Below are positions 1 to 8,393 of a DNA stretch of 57,244 nt, one piece after another. The stretch comes from a candidate division WOR-3 bacterium (GTDB lineage Bacteria > Hydrothermota > Tepidihabitantia > Tepidihabitantales > Tepidihabitantaceae). The stretch spans positions 1-57,244 of the forward strand of contig JBDRUH010000003.1 of assembly GCA_039801225.1 (NCBI GenBank). The letters run 5' to 3'. The notes under the pieces were generated by a model that saw only the letters and a list, made by a program, of their open reading frames with translations, was not told where the DNA came from and searched no databases. The stretch's first letter is position 1. The number at the start of each line of letters is the position of its first letter. The translations under genes and the position numbers were made by a program.

Positions 1-996
1 CATCGGGAAGCGTCATTCGGCACTCTGCAAAATTCGGTAATGAAAGGACTGAACCGCGTCCTTTTGACCGAACAACCGGTTTATATCCTTACCGCCTCAG
101 GTACCGGGGCAATGGAGACCGCGGTATGCAACCTTATTAGTCCGGGAGACCGGGTGGTGGTGGCTCATTCCGGGAAATTTGGCGAAAGATGGCGCGAGCT
201 GGCAATAAGATTTGGTGGTTATGTTGACGAACTTAACCGCCCCTATGGTGAGTCAATCCCACCCGAGGAACTGGAGCGGAAACTTAAGAGCAACGATGCC
301 ACCCGTTGCGTATTCACTACTTTAACCGAGACTTCAACCGGGGCGCTCAATGATATTAAATCATTTGGCAAAATCTGCCATCGGTTAAATCGGATATTAG
401 TGGTTGATGCAATTGCCGGTCTTGGTGTCGATGAACTCCGGATGGACGATTGGCATATTGATGTGGTGGTTGGTGGTTCTCAAAAAGGACTGGCGGTGCC
501 CCCAGGTTTATCCTTCATTGCCCTCTCCACCCGTGCTTGGGACCAGGTGGAAAAATGTAAAAATTGCCGCTTCTATTTTGACCTCCGCCAGTATAAAAAT
601 TTTGCCGAAAAGGGCCAGACCCCCTGGACTCCAGCAATCTCCATCTACTACGCCTTGGATTTAGCCCTGAAGAAAATTAACCGCCGGGGTATTGAGAAAG
701 TCTGGGAGGAAAAACGACGGCTTGCCCAGTTTATTCGAGATAAAGTAAAAAGGATGGGCTTAGAAATCTTCCCGAAAAATCCCTCAAACGCCTTAACGGT
801 TATCAGAATGCCGGAAGGTGTTGACGGAACGAAAATTGTTGAAGTATGCAAGAAACGTTATGGCATTCTCCTTGCCAACGGTCAGGCAGAACTTCGCGGC
901 AAAGTGGTTCGCATCGGTCATATGGGACCGGTAACAAAGACAGAAATAGGAAAGGTGTTAAACCTATTCTTCCGGGTCTATAAGGAGATAAAATAA
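1..996 (+). CDS. class V pyridoxal-phosphate aminotransferase (alanine-glyoxylate/serine-pyruvate type), 5'-partial
   Basis: The reading frame stays open back to base 1 (HREASFGTLQNSVMK...), so the gene starts upstream of the window. It has the typical class V core, with GSQKGLAVPPGLSF (PLP-lysine motif SQK) and a C-terminal VVRIGHMG motif. Confidence 0.8.
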   Translation, partial: HREASFGTLQNSVMKGLNRVLLTEQPVYILTASGTGAMETAVCNLISPGDRVVVAHSGKFGERWRELAIRFGGYVDELNRPYGESIPPEELERKLKSNDATRCVFTTLTETSTGALNDIKSFGKICHRLNRILVVDAIAGLGVDELRMDDWHIDVVVGGSQKGLAVPPGLSFIALSTRAWDQVEKCKNCRFYFDLRQYKNFAEKGQTPWTPAISIYYALDLALKKINRRGIEKVWEEKRRLAQFIRDKVKRMGLEIFPKNPSNALTVIRMPEGVDGTKIVEVCKKRYGILLANGQAELRGKVVRIGHMGPVTKTEIGKVLNLFFRVYKEIK

Positions 997-1178
997 CGCT
1001 GTTAGCCTTAAGCAGAAAACCTTCATCCCCCTGCTCGCCATTTTTCAATAGATAATTTGTGAAAATAAGATTCATTTTTTGAATAACTTAGAAGTTTATA
1101 GTTTAATAAAGGGGCGTGCCCGGGGCTAGCCCCCCGGTAACCCTACAGGCAGAGGTTTAGGTAAGGTGGTTAATCCGC

Positions 1179-2096
1179 CTAATCTTCTTTTTTCGGCTCA
1201 ATATGCACAACTATATTAGTAACATCTGGATTGGCACTTCTCACCTCCTTTTCAACCCGGTTAGCGATTTCATGCCCGTCCTCAACCGATATTTTGGGGT
1301 CAACCTGGATGTGGACATCCATTTCTATTCTGTTACCTGCCCCGGAATGACGCGCCCGGAAGGCATGAAAACTTATCACCCCGGGAATACTAGCGATTGT
1401 TTGGTAAAGCCTGCTGAGCGTCTCAGGATGAGGCGCCCGGTCTGACAGTTTCTGTATTGACTCACGGATGATACGGAGGGCAATGAAGATAAGAAAAGAG
1501 GCGAGGAGCACGGCAGTGAGGTGGTCAAGAAATGCCCAACGGGGACCACCAATGAGGGCACCAGCGATACCCGATGCCGCAGCGATTGAGGAAAAGGCGT
1601 CAGAACGATGGTGCCAGGCGTTGGCGGTGACCGCCGGGTTGTGATAGCGCCGGCCGACTGAGATAGTAAGCCAATAAAGCATTTCTTTGAGGACAATTGA
1701 GGCGATAGCCCACCAGAAGGGTAACCAGTTGCGGATGCCGTTATGCTTTTCACTGAGGGTGATAAGCGAGTGAATGGCGATGTAAAGAGAGGCCAGGATA
1801 AGGAGGATGCCAACAAAGAGGGCGGTGAGCGATTCGTAGCGAAAATGCCCATAGTGGTGGTCTCGGTCCGGTGGACGCTTGGCAGCGGTTATACCCCAGA
1901 GGACCGGAATATCGCTGCCGAGGTCAGAAAGGCTGTGTAACCCATCGGCAATGATGGCACTGGATTGGGCAGAAAAACCGGCCAGAATCTTGCCTCCACA
2001 AAGAATGATATTTATTACCATTCCGAGAATGGTTACCTGTCGCTCGGCAACAAGTTGCTTATGGATGTTAAGGTGTGAGGAGGTATTTTCGTTCAT
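1179..2096 (-). CDS. cation diffusion facilitator (CDF) family divalent-metal efflux transporter
   Basis: The 305-aa product has six hydrophobic segments. It carries CDF signatures HSLSDLGSD and DHHYGHFRYE, plus a C-terminal cytoplasmic domain (IEMDVHIQVD...VVHIEP). Confidence 0.85.
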   Translation of the reverse strand: MNENTSSHLNIHKQLVAERQVTILGMVINIILCGGKILAGFSAQSSAIIADGLHSLSDLGSDIPVLWGITAAKRPPDRDHHYGHFRYESLTALFVGILLILASLYIAIHSLITLSEKHNGIRNWLPFWWAIASIVLKEMLYWLTISVGRRYHNPAVTANAWHHRSDAFSSIAAASGIAGALIGGPRWAFLDHLTAVLLASFLIFIALRIIRESIQKLSDRAPHPETLSRLYQTIASIPGVISFHAFRARHSGAGNRIEMDVHIQVDPKISVEDGHEIANRVEKEVRSANPDVTNIVVHIEPKKED

Positions 2097-2175
2097 TTGT
2101 CGTCCGTTAAAAGTTAATTACACTATTATAGAAGTCAAGGGTTGCTTTAAGGTGTGATTGTAGGTAGTATTAGCG

Positions 2176-5100
2176 ATGGTGAAACCTAATAAAGTAACAA
2201 AACAGGAAACGGCAAACGGACAACGGCAAACGGACGACGGCAATTTGCCACGACTTTGTCAACAACGGATTGGTAGATTGGTGCGAGCGGTAGTTCTAAA
2301 TGACCTGATTGCACTTTTTTTAATTCTCATAGCAATTCTTGCATTCGGAACATTCCTCGCCGCTCTTCTCTTTCTTTCCGGTTGGGTAATCCTCCTTTTT
2401 GCCCCGGTTTTAGTAATACTGGGTTTTTACTGGTTAAGAGCGGCAAGGGTTAAAATCGTTGCCTATCAGGTTGAGCGGCTCTTTCCCGAGTTGCAGGGCA
2501 GACTGGTGAATGCTTTAGAACTTGCTTTATACAAGCCAGGAGTTGAAGGGTATTCTTTGGAGTTACGCGATGCGGCAATAGAACAGGTGGAAAAGGTACT
2601 GGCACCTCTGCGTTTAGACCGGGTCCTGCCTAAAAAAAGAGTCATCTTTTCTGGACTCGCGGCTCTGTTGGCTATTGGGGTTTTTCTCGGGCTTTTGCGC
2701 TTTGGTGGTAAACGAGCCGAGTTAGGTTTAAAAAACTCTTTTGCTGCCAACAGGATGAAGATAGTGTTTGATGTTCTCCCGGGTGATACCGCCGTCTTTT
2801 CTGGTGAAGAGGTGGTCTTGGGCTGTCGGGTAAAGCCCAAGGGCGTCTTCAATAGCCTCTGGCTGGAAACAAAAGGTAAAAATAGAGAAAAGCGGCGAGT
2901 TGGGCTCATAAACGATAGTTGCAGTCTGAGTTTAGTGATAAAAGAAGGTTTGAAATACCGGTTCAGGTTATTGGGTAAAAATTCAGACTGGTTTCAGGTG
3001 GGTTTGTTGGAACCGGTGACACTAAAAAGGCTATCTTTCATTTGCCGACCACCCGGTTATACCAATTTGCCCGAGCGCCAATTAACCGGTTCAGAGATTG
3101 TTGCGCTGAAAGGAACAATAATAGATTTTTCTGGAGAGGTGAATCAGCCGATAGAAAACGGCAGGCTGATTTTGGGAAGTGAAACTGTTAATGTCACGGT
3201 TGACAGAAAAGAGCCGATGTGTTTTTCTGGAAGATTTGTGGTAAAGGGGGATAATGAGGGGAAATTTGAACTAAAAGCCAAAAACCAAAAGCCAAAAGCC
3301 AAAAGCCAAACCATTGCCCGAATTCTGGTGCGGACACTTCCTGACGAAAGCCCTTTTTTGAAGGTGTTCCTGCCCGGAAAGGACATTGACCTACCAATGA
3401 ATATGCGGGTTCTTTTGGGAATAAATACAATTGACGATTATGGCTTAAAAGACCTCTGGCTCCATTTCGGGAAAGAGTCAATCGTTCAACGGGTGCGGCT
3501 AAAAAATCTAAGTGGAAGAAAAGAGGACACAACATTTTATGTCTGGGATTTGACCAACTCCGGACTCCTCCCCGGCGAGGCGATAAATTACTACCTCCAG
3601 GTAACCGATAACGATGCGGTTTCAGGTCCGAAGAGCACAAAGAGTGATATCTTTTCCATCCGCTTTCCGACAATTCAAGAAATTTACTCCCAGGCGGTGG
3701 AAAAAACCCAGGCTACGCAGGCGGAACTTGAGCCAATTGGCGAAGAGCAGACGAAAATTGGTGAGGAGATTATCCGCTTGAGTGAGGAGTTGAAGAAAAC
3801 CCGACAACTGTCTTGGGAGGAAAAGAGACGGCTTGAGGAGATGGTCAACGAACAAACGAAGATATTAGAGAAACTTAACCAACTGAAGGAGGATGTGGCA
3901 AAGACTCAGGAAGAGATTATCTCTGGAATGAACTGGGATAAGGAGACTCTGGAACGGCTGAATGAGTTACAGGAACTCCTCTCCCGTCTTTTACCTGTTG
4001 AGATGCAAAAGGCATTAAAAGAGTTGGGAATGAGGTTAAGCGAAAAAACCGGAGATATCCGCCAGGCTTTGGAGAATTTGAGTCGGCGACAGGAGGAGAT
4101 GAAAAAAAGCATTGAGCAGGCACTAAAACTCCTAAAGCGGATAATGGAAGAAGAACGACTTGCCGCACTTGCCCGGGAGGCTATGGAGTTAACCCGGGCG
4201 CAGGAGGAGATGAGCCGTCGTCTGGACCAAGACAATTTGAAGGATTTGGCAGAAAAAGAGCGGGCAATTCAAAAAAGATTGGACAGCCTTAGTAGTGAGA
4301 TGAAACAATTGAGTAAGGAGATTTCTGAACCGGCATTCGCTGAGTCCCTTACCACATTGAACGAGGAACTGAAAGAGGCGAAGGTGGCGGAGAGCGCCTT
4401 TGAATTGAGTGAACAACTGGCGCGAGGGGAAAGAAAAGGGACAAAGGAAAAAAGCGATTACCTGAAAGAGAGACTGAATCGCTTAGCAGAAAGGCTAAAG
4501 TCGCTTGCCGAGAGTCTGAAGCGCGGTCGTTCCCAGGAGGTTACCAGGAAACTTTTGACCGCTGGTGAACAACTAATTACCTTCTCCCAAGCGCAGGAGG
4601 ATTTGGAGGAAAAGTGGCAGAAAGGAGCCGCGCCATCAATCGTTGCTCAAGAACAAATGGGAATTTTTGAAGCAACCCGGATAGTGGCCGAAACTCTTGG
4701 TTCTATGGGCGCCCAGACCTTAATGGTCTCACCGCAGTTGGGACAGGAAATCGGCCGGGCACTTAACTTTATGCAAGAGGCGGCTGGTGCTTTAAACGAA
4801 GGCCGGGGCTATCAAGTATCAGGGCGAATGTCTCAAGCCCGGCAGAGCCTTAATAAGGCGATAGAGATGGTGTTTGATGCGGTGGACCAAGCAAGGCAGG
4901 GTGCTGGACTCTCCGGTGCGCTTCAGAACCTCTTAGAGGCACTCTCACAGATGACCGCTGAGCAGATGGCAATAAATGCCGGGATGTCTGGTCTGCCAAT
5001 ACCGATTCCCGCTTCGGGCTTGTCCGCTCAAGAAATGCAGGAACTTTTTCAACTCCTCGCCCGGCAGAAAAAACTGCGCGAGGAACTGGAAAAACTGCTT

Positions 5101-5466
5101 AAGTCAATGGGTGGTGAAAGACCAGGGTTAACCGGGGGTCTGGAACGGCTGGTTGATGAGATGAAAGGGGTGGAGCGGGCTCTTTCTGAACTTCAGATTG
5201 ACCGGAAACTGATTGAAAGACAGGAGGGGATTCTCTCCCGGCTCCTTGATGCCCAGCGTAGTTTAAGACAGGAGGGTTTTAAAGAGGAGCGTCGGGCAGA
5301 AACCGCTAAGGAATATAAGGTGATTGCACCAAAAGGTCTGCCCGAAGATAAAGGCGAGCGCAACCGACTTTTGCGTGAGGAGTTGATGCGGGCGTTGAAG
5401 CAAGGTTATCCATTAGAGTATGAGCGGTTGATTCGCAACTATTTTGAAAAACTCCTTGAGGAATGA
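2176..5466 (+). CDS. large membrane-anchored coiled-coil protein, DUF4175-like (function unknown)
   Basis: 1096-aa uninterrupted ORF. It has N-terminal TM helices and a beta-rich middle region (YYLQVTDNDAVSGPKSTKSDIFSIRFP). A roughly 350-aa E/K/L/Q-rich coiled coil follows, then a C-terminal LEYERLIRNYFEKLLEE tail. The family assignment is from memory only. Confidence 0.55.
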   Translation: MVKPNKVTKQETANGQRQTDDGNLPRLCQQRIGRLVRAVVLNDLIALFLILIAILAFGTFLAALLFLSGWVILLFAPVLVILGFYWLRAARVKIVAYQVERLFPELQGRLVNALELALYKPGVEGYSLELRDAAIEQVEKVLAPLRLDRVLPKKRVIFSGLAALLAIGVFLGLLRFGGKRAELGLKNSFAANRMKIVFDVLPGDTAVFSGEEVVLGCRVKPKGVFNSLWLETKGKNREKRRVGLINDSCSLSLVIKEGLKYRFRLLGKNSDWFQVGLLEPVTLKRLSFICRPPGYTNLPERQLTGSEIVALKGTIIDFSGEVNQPIENGRLILGSETVNVTVDRKEPMCFSGRFVVKGDNEGKFELKAKNQKPKAKSQTIARILVRTLPDESPFLKVFLPGKDIDLPMNMRVLLGINTIDDYGLKDLWLHFGKESIVQRVRLKNLSGRKEDTTFYVWDLTNSGLLPGEAINYYLQVTDNDAVSGPKSTKSDIFSIRFPTIQEIYSQAVEKTQATQAELEPIGEEQTKIGEEIIRLSEELKKTRQLSWEEKRRLEEMVNEQTKILEKLNQLKEDVAKTQEEIISGMNWDKETLERLNELQELLSRLLPVEMQKALKELGMRLSEKTGDIRQALENLSRRQEEMKKSIEQALKLLKRIMEEERLAALAREAMELTRAQEEMSRRLDQDNLKDLAEKERAIQKRLDSLSSEMKQLSKEISEPAFAESLTTLNEELKEAKVAESAFELSEQLARGERKGTKEKSDYLKERLNRLAERLKSLAESLKRGRSQEVTRKLLTAGEQLITFSQAQEDLEEKWQKGAAPSIVAQEQMGIFEATRIVAETLGSMGAQTLMVSPQLGQEIGRALNFMQEAAGALNEGRGYQVSGRMSQARQSLNKAIEMVFDAVDQARQGAGLSGALQNLLEALSQMTAEQMAINAGMSGLPIPIPASGLSAQEMQELFQLLARQKKLREELEKLLKSMGGERPGLTGGLERLVDEMKGVERALSELQIDRKLIERQEGILSRLLDAQRSLRQEGFKEERRAETAKEYKVIAPKGLPEDKGERNRLLREELMRALKQGYPLEYERLIRNYFEKLLEE
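2201..2242 (+). repeat. heptanucleotide tandem array (AACGGCA/AACGGAC, ~6 units) in the 5' end of the 1096-aa gene
   Basis: The units are AACAGGA AACGGCA AACGGAC AACGGCA AACGGAC GACGGCA. They encode KQETANGQRQTDDGN. Confidence 0.8.
3273..3312 (+). repeat. heptanucleotide tandem array (AAAAGCC, 5 units plus a partial unit) inside the 1096-aa gene
   Basis: The units are AAAAGCC AAAAACC AAAAGCC AAAAGCC AAAAGCC AAACC. They encode KAKNQKPKAKSQT. This is the reverse complement of the GGCTTTT unit in bamD. Confidence 0.85.
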
Positions 5467-7343
5467 AAAACTCTTCTTTGAGAAAAGGGCAAAGGATTAA
5501 AGCGGAAGCCATACGGCATTCCGCATTTCGCATTTCGCATTTCCTCTGGCACCTGACACTTATCGTTACTATCCTCCTATTTATGAGAAACTCTAAATCC
5601 GAAATCCTAAATTCTAAACAAATTCAAAGCACAAATGTTCTAAATCCAAAATGTTTTGATAATTGGGATTTTGGTATTAGAAATTGTTTAGGATTTAGCG
5701 CTTTGAAATTAGGATTTATTGGCGTCGGCTTGGCACAGGGGACATATCAGGCGCAACTATTGGAACGAAGCGGACAGTTTGAGCAGGCGCTCACCGCTTA
5801 CCAGCAGGTGCTACTCCACTCTCCCCAGGACCCGCTTGCCCTTGCCGGTTTTATTCGGATGTGCCGACAGTTAAAAAGGTTTGATTCGCTACTTGTAATC
5901 CTGTCACGGTTAGAAAAAGAGAAAGGCGAAAGACCGGAGCTCACATTAGGAATAATTGAGGGGCTTTTGGGTGTCAAACGCCGGACCGAAGCACTAACTC
6001 GGGCGCGGGCATTTACTCAAAAGCACCAAGAGAAAATTATGGAACTAATTGAGGTTTTAAAACAGAACGGCGAAATAGCGGGGGCAGCGGCACTCTTAGA
6101 GGAGGCGGTGAAACTTGCTGATAGCAGCTCGCCCCCCTTACCGGGAAGAGTCCGGATTGATTATTGGGAGCGGTTAATAGAACTCTACGAAATCCAGGGT
6201 AACACGGTTCGTGCTACTCAAAAAATAGTAGAAATCGCCAACTCACAGCCCGAGTTGCTGCCCCGATATCTGGAGCGGCTCAAGAGTTATGCTAAAGGCA
6301 CTGAAGGAGCAAGGGTTGTTAATGAACTGGGGAAGATAACCGACAAAAGGTCAAAGGCAAGAGCCCAAGCAGAGGTCTATCTTGCTCTGGGCGAAGAGGT
6401 TCAGGCGGTGAAAGTTGCAAAAGAGGCTTTTAGCCCTCAGGAACTGATGCTTTTTGCCGACGAGTGTGAGAAAAAAGGGGCGTTGCGCGCCGCTTTAACA
6501 ATCTACGAAGAACAAGGAGCAAAAACCTATGCGGCGCGGATTTTGCGCCAGTTGGGTCGCCTGCAGGAGGCGTTAGCGATATTACAAGGTGACTCCAGCC
6601 CGATGGCAATTTTTGAAACTGCCGAACTCTACCGACTTGAACGCCGAGACTTTACCAAGGCGGCAGATTTTTACTCTCGGGTATTGCGCTCAAGACCACA
6701 AGACCCGGCGGTCCTTATGGGACTAACTTCCTCATTGATCGGTCTAAAACAGTTAGACAGTGCACGGCAGGTGATTGAGAAAATACGGCGGATGGACGAC
6801 CGGGCGCTATTTCTCTTGATAAAGATACTTTTTTATCAGGGAAAGTTTGATTCTATTCCCCGGGTGGTTAAGGAACTCAGCCATCGCTTTCCCCAGAGCC
6901 CCTTGGTCAATGATGGACTGGAGCTAGGGCTTTTGAGTATGAGCGGGGAAAGGGCTAAGTCTTTTGCCTTAGCGATGCTAGAGTATGAAGCGGGTAAAGT
7001 AAGCGAAGGGATAAAAAGAACAAAAGAGCTTACCCAGGGCGAGGACATTGTTGCCCAACAGGCGTTTTTTCTCCTATCCAGATTACTCTTCCAAGAAGGA
7101 AAATATCAGGCGGCGCTGGCGGTCCTAGACAGTTTTCTCGTTCGCTTTCCCACCAGCGAACTGGCAGCAAAGGCGAAATTAAGACAGGCAGAAATTTATC
7201 GAGATGGACTCAATGACGAAGCCCGCTTTCGCGCTGTCCTTGAGCAACTTCTCGTTGACTTTCCTGGCTCCCCTTATCTTCCCATTGCCCGCAATATGCT
7301 CCAGAGCGCCCTCCGGGAGGTTAAACCCGGCGAGATGCGGTAA
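5463..7343 (+). CDS. tetratricopeptide-repeat (TPR) protein
   Basis: Its start makes an ATGA overlap with the stop of the upstream gene. Multiple TPR-like helical repeats are visible (GQFEQALTAYQQVLLHSPQDPLAL; FTKAADFYSRVLRSRPQDPAVL; GKYQAALAVLDSFLVRFPTSELA). The first ~88 codons run through a heptamer array and a MITE-like repeat. An alternative TTG start at 5730 is therefore possible. Confidence 0.7.
   Translation: MKNSSLRKGQRIKAEAIRHSAFRISHFLWHLTLIVTILLFMRNSKSEILNSKQIQSTNVLNPKCFDNWDFGIRNCLGFSALKLGFIGVGLAQGTYQAQLLERSGQFEQALTAYQQVLLHSPQDPLALAGFIRMCRQLKRFDSLLVILSRLEKEKGERPELTLGIIEGLLGVKRRTEALTRARAFTQKHQEKIMELIEVLKQNGEIAGAAALLEEAVKLADSSSPPLPGRVRIDYWERLIELYEIQGNTVRATQKIVEIANSQPELLPRYLERLKSYAKGTEGARVVNELGKITDKRSKARAQAEVYLALGEEVQAVKVAKEAFSPQELMLFADECEKKGALRAALTIYEEQGAKTYAARILRQLGRLQEALAILQGDSSPMAIFETAELYRLERRDFTKAADFYSRVLRSRPQDPAVLMGLTSSLIGLKQLDSARQVIEKIRRMDDRALFLLIKILFYQGKFDSIPRVVKELSHRFPQSPLVNDGLELGLLSMSGERAKSFALAMLEYEAGKVSEGIKRTKELTQGEDIVAQQAFFLLSRLLFQEGKYQAALAVLDSFLVRFPTSELAAKAKLRQAEIYRDGLNDEARFRAVLEQLLVDFPGSPYLPIARNMLQSALREVKPGEMR
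5577..5727 (+). repeat. ~150-bp MITE-like imperfect-palindromic repeat, copy A (inside the TPR-protein ORF)
   Basis: It is near-identical to 18127-18278 and to the reverse complement of 50204-50356. The shared sequence is TATGAGAAACTCTAAATCCGAAATCCTAAATTCTAAACAA...TTGTTTAGGATTTAG.GCTTTGAAATTAGGATTTATTGGCGTCG. Confidence 0.85.
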
Positions 7344-7428
7344 CCGCTTAAATAACTAACTAAATTCTTTATGATAAACCTTCAGTTGGCTTTCTTCAAT
7401 TATTGCTAAAGTGAGGCAACGCGGGTTA

Positions 7429-7457
7429 TTGACTTTTTTATAATTTTTGAGTATATT
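7429..7457 (+). promoter_or_regulatory. candidate sigma70-type promoter for nfnAB
   Basis: TTGACT (7429-7434), a 17-nt spacer, then TATATT (7452-7457), in an AT-rich intergenic region. Confidence 0.35.
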
Positions 7458-7535
7458 TTTATTTAAAAATTTTAAACTTACAGAAATTGAGCTGTTGGAA
7501 AAGGAACAAAAATAGGAGGTCATACGGTTAAGATA

Positions 7536-8393
7536 TTGAAAAAGCAGATATTAGCGCCACAAATTAAACGGTTTGAACTTGATGCGCCCGAAATTGCTCG
7601 AAAGGCAAAACCGGGGCAGTTTGTTGTTCTGCGAATTGTAGAAGAGGGAGAACGAATTCCGCTTACGATAGCAGATACTGACCCGGAAAATGGCGTTTTG
7701 GTAATTGTCTTCCAGGAGGTTGGAAAATCTACGATGCTGTTAGGAACACTTTCCGAAGGTGATATGATAATGGATTTAATTGGTCCATTAGGTAAACCGA
7801 CCGATATTAAAAATTTTGGCACGGTGGTGTGTGTTGGTGGCGGAGTGGGAACCCCAGAAATTTACCCCGTGGCACGGGCATTGAAACAGGCTGGGAACCG
7901 GGTCATTTCCATAATCGGATTCCGCACCAAAGAACTGGTTTTTATGGAAAAGGAGATGGGCAAAGTTTCTGATGAGTTGATTGTTACTACCGATGACGGC
8001 TCTTATGGCAATAAAGGGTTTGTTACTGATATGCTTAAACAGGTGATTGACCGAGGAGAGAAAATTGACCGCTGTTTTGCGGTTGGACCGGTTATAATGA
8101 TGAAAATGGTTTCAAAACTCACCGAACCTTACCAGATTCCAACTATAGTTAGCTTAAATCCAATAATGCTGGATGCTACTGGCATGTGCGGCGTCTGCCG
8201 AGTTGAGGTGGATGGCGAGACAAAATTCGCCTGTGTTGACGGTCCTGAATTTGATGGGCATAAGGTTAATTTTGACCTGTTAATGGCGCGACTGAAGACC
8301 TATATAACCGAAGAAAAACAGGCGCTAGAACTATTTGTTAAATCACAATCTTCAGGTGGTTGCCGGTGTGAGGAAGGAGCGGTCCGTGGCTAA
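7536..8393 (+). CDS. nfnA: NADH-dependent reduced ferredoxin:NADP oxidoreductase subunit A (sulfide/dihydroorotate dehydrogenase-like FAD/NAD-binding protein)
   Basis: TTG start preceded by AGGAGG. The fold looks FNR-like (PGQFVVLRI, RIPLTIAD, GGGVGTPEIYP). A C-terminal 2Fe-2S motif is present (CGVCRV...FACVDGPEF). It is paired with a GltD-like subunit downstream. Confidence 0.8.
   Translation: MKKQILAPQIKRFELDAPEIARKAKPGQFVVLRIVEEGERIPLTIADTDPENGVLVIVFQEVGKSTMLLGTLSEGDMIMDLIGPLGKPTDIKNFGTVVCVGGGVGTPEIYPVARALKQAGNRVISIIGFRTKELVFMEKEMGKVSDELIVTTDDGSYGNKGFVTDMLKQVIDRGEKIDRCFAVGPVIMMKMVSKLTEPYQIPTIVSLNPIMLDATGMCGVCRVEVDGETKFACVDGPEFDGHKVNFDLLMARLKTYITEEKQALELFVKSQSSGGCRCEEGAVRG

Noticed and set aside
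1100-1180. GC-rich segment GGGGCGTGCCCGGGGCTAGCCCCCCGG between the convergent aminotransferase and CDF genes as a tRNA or ncRNA
   Set aside because: It forms only a short 6-bp hairpin (CCGGGG/CCCCGG). It has no T-loop or anticodon architecture and no U-tract. At most it is a weak bidirectional terminator.
2466-4416. Multiple antisense or out-of-frame ORFs inside the 1096-aa gene (for example 2466-2909, 3194-3673, 3906-4235)
   Set aside because: These are shadow ORFs of a long, compositionally biased coding region. The same applies to 15045-15557, 29081-29530, 46278-46592, 47903-48430 and similar entries in the track.
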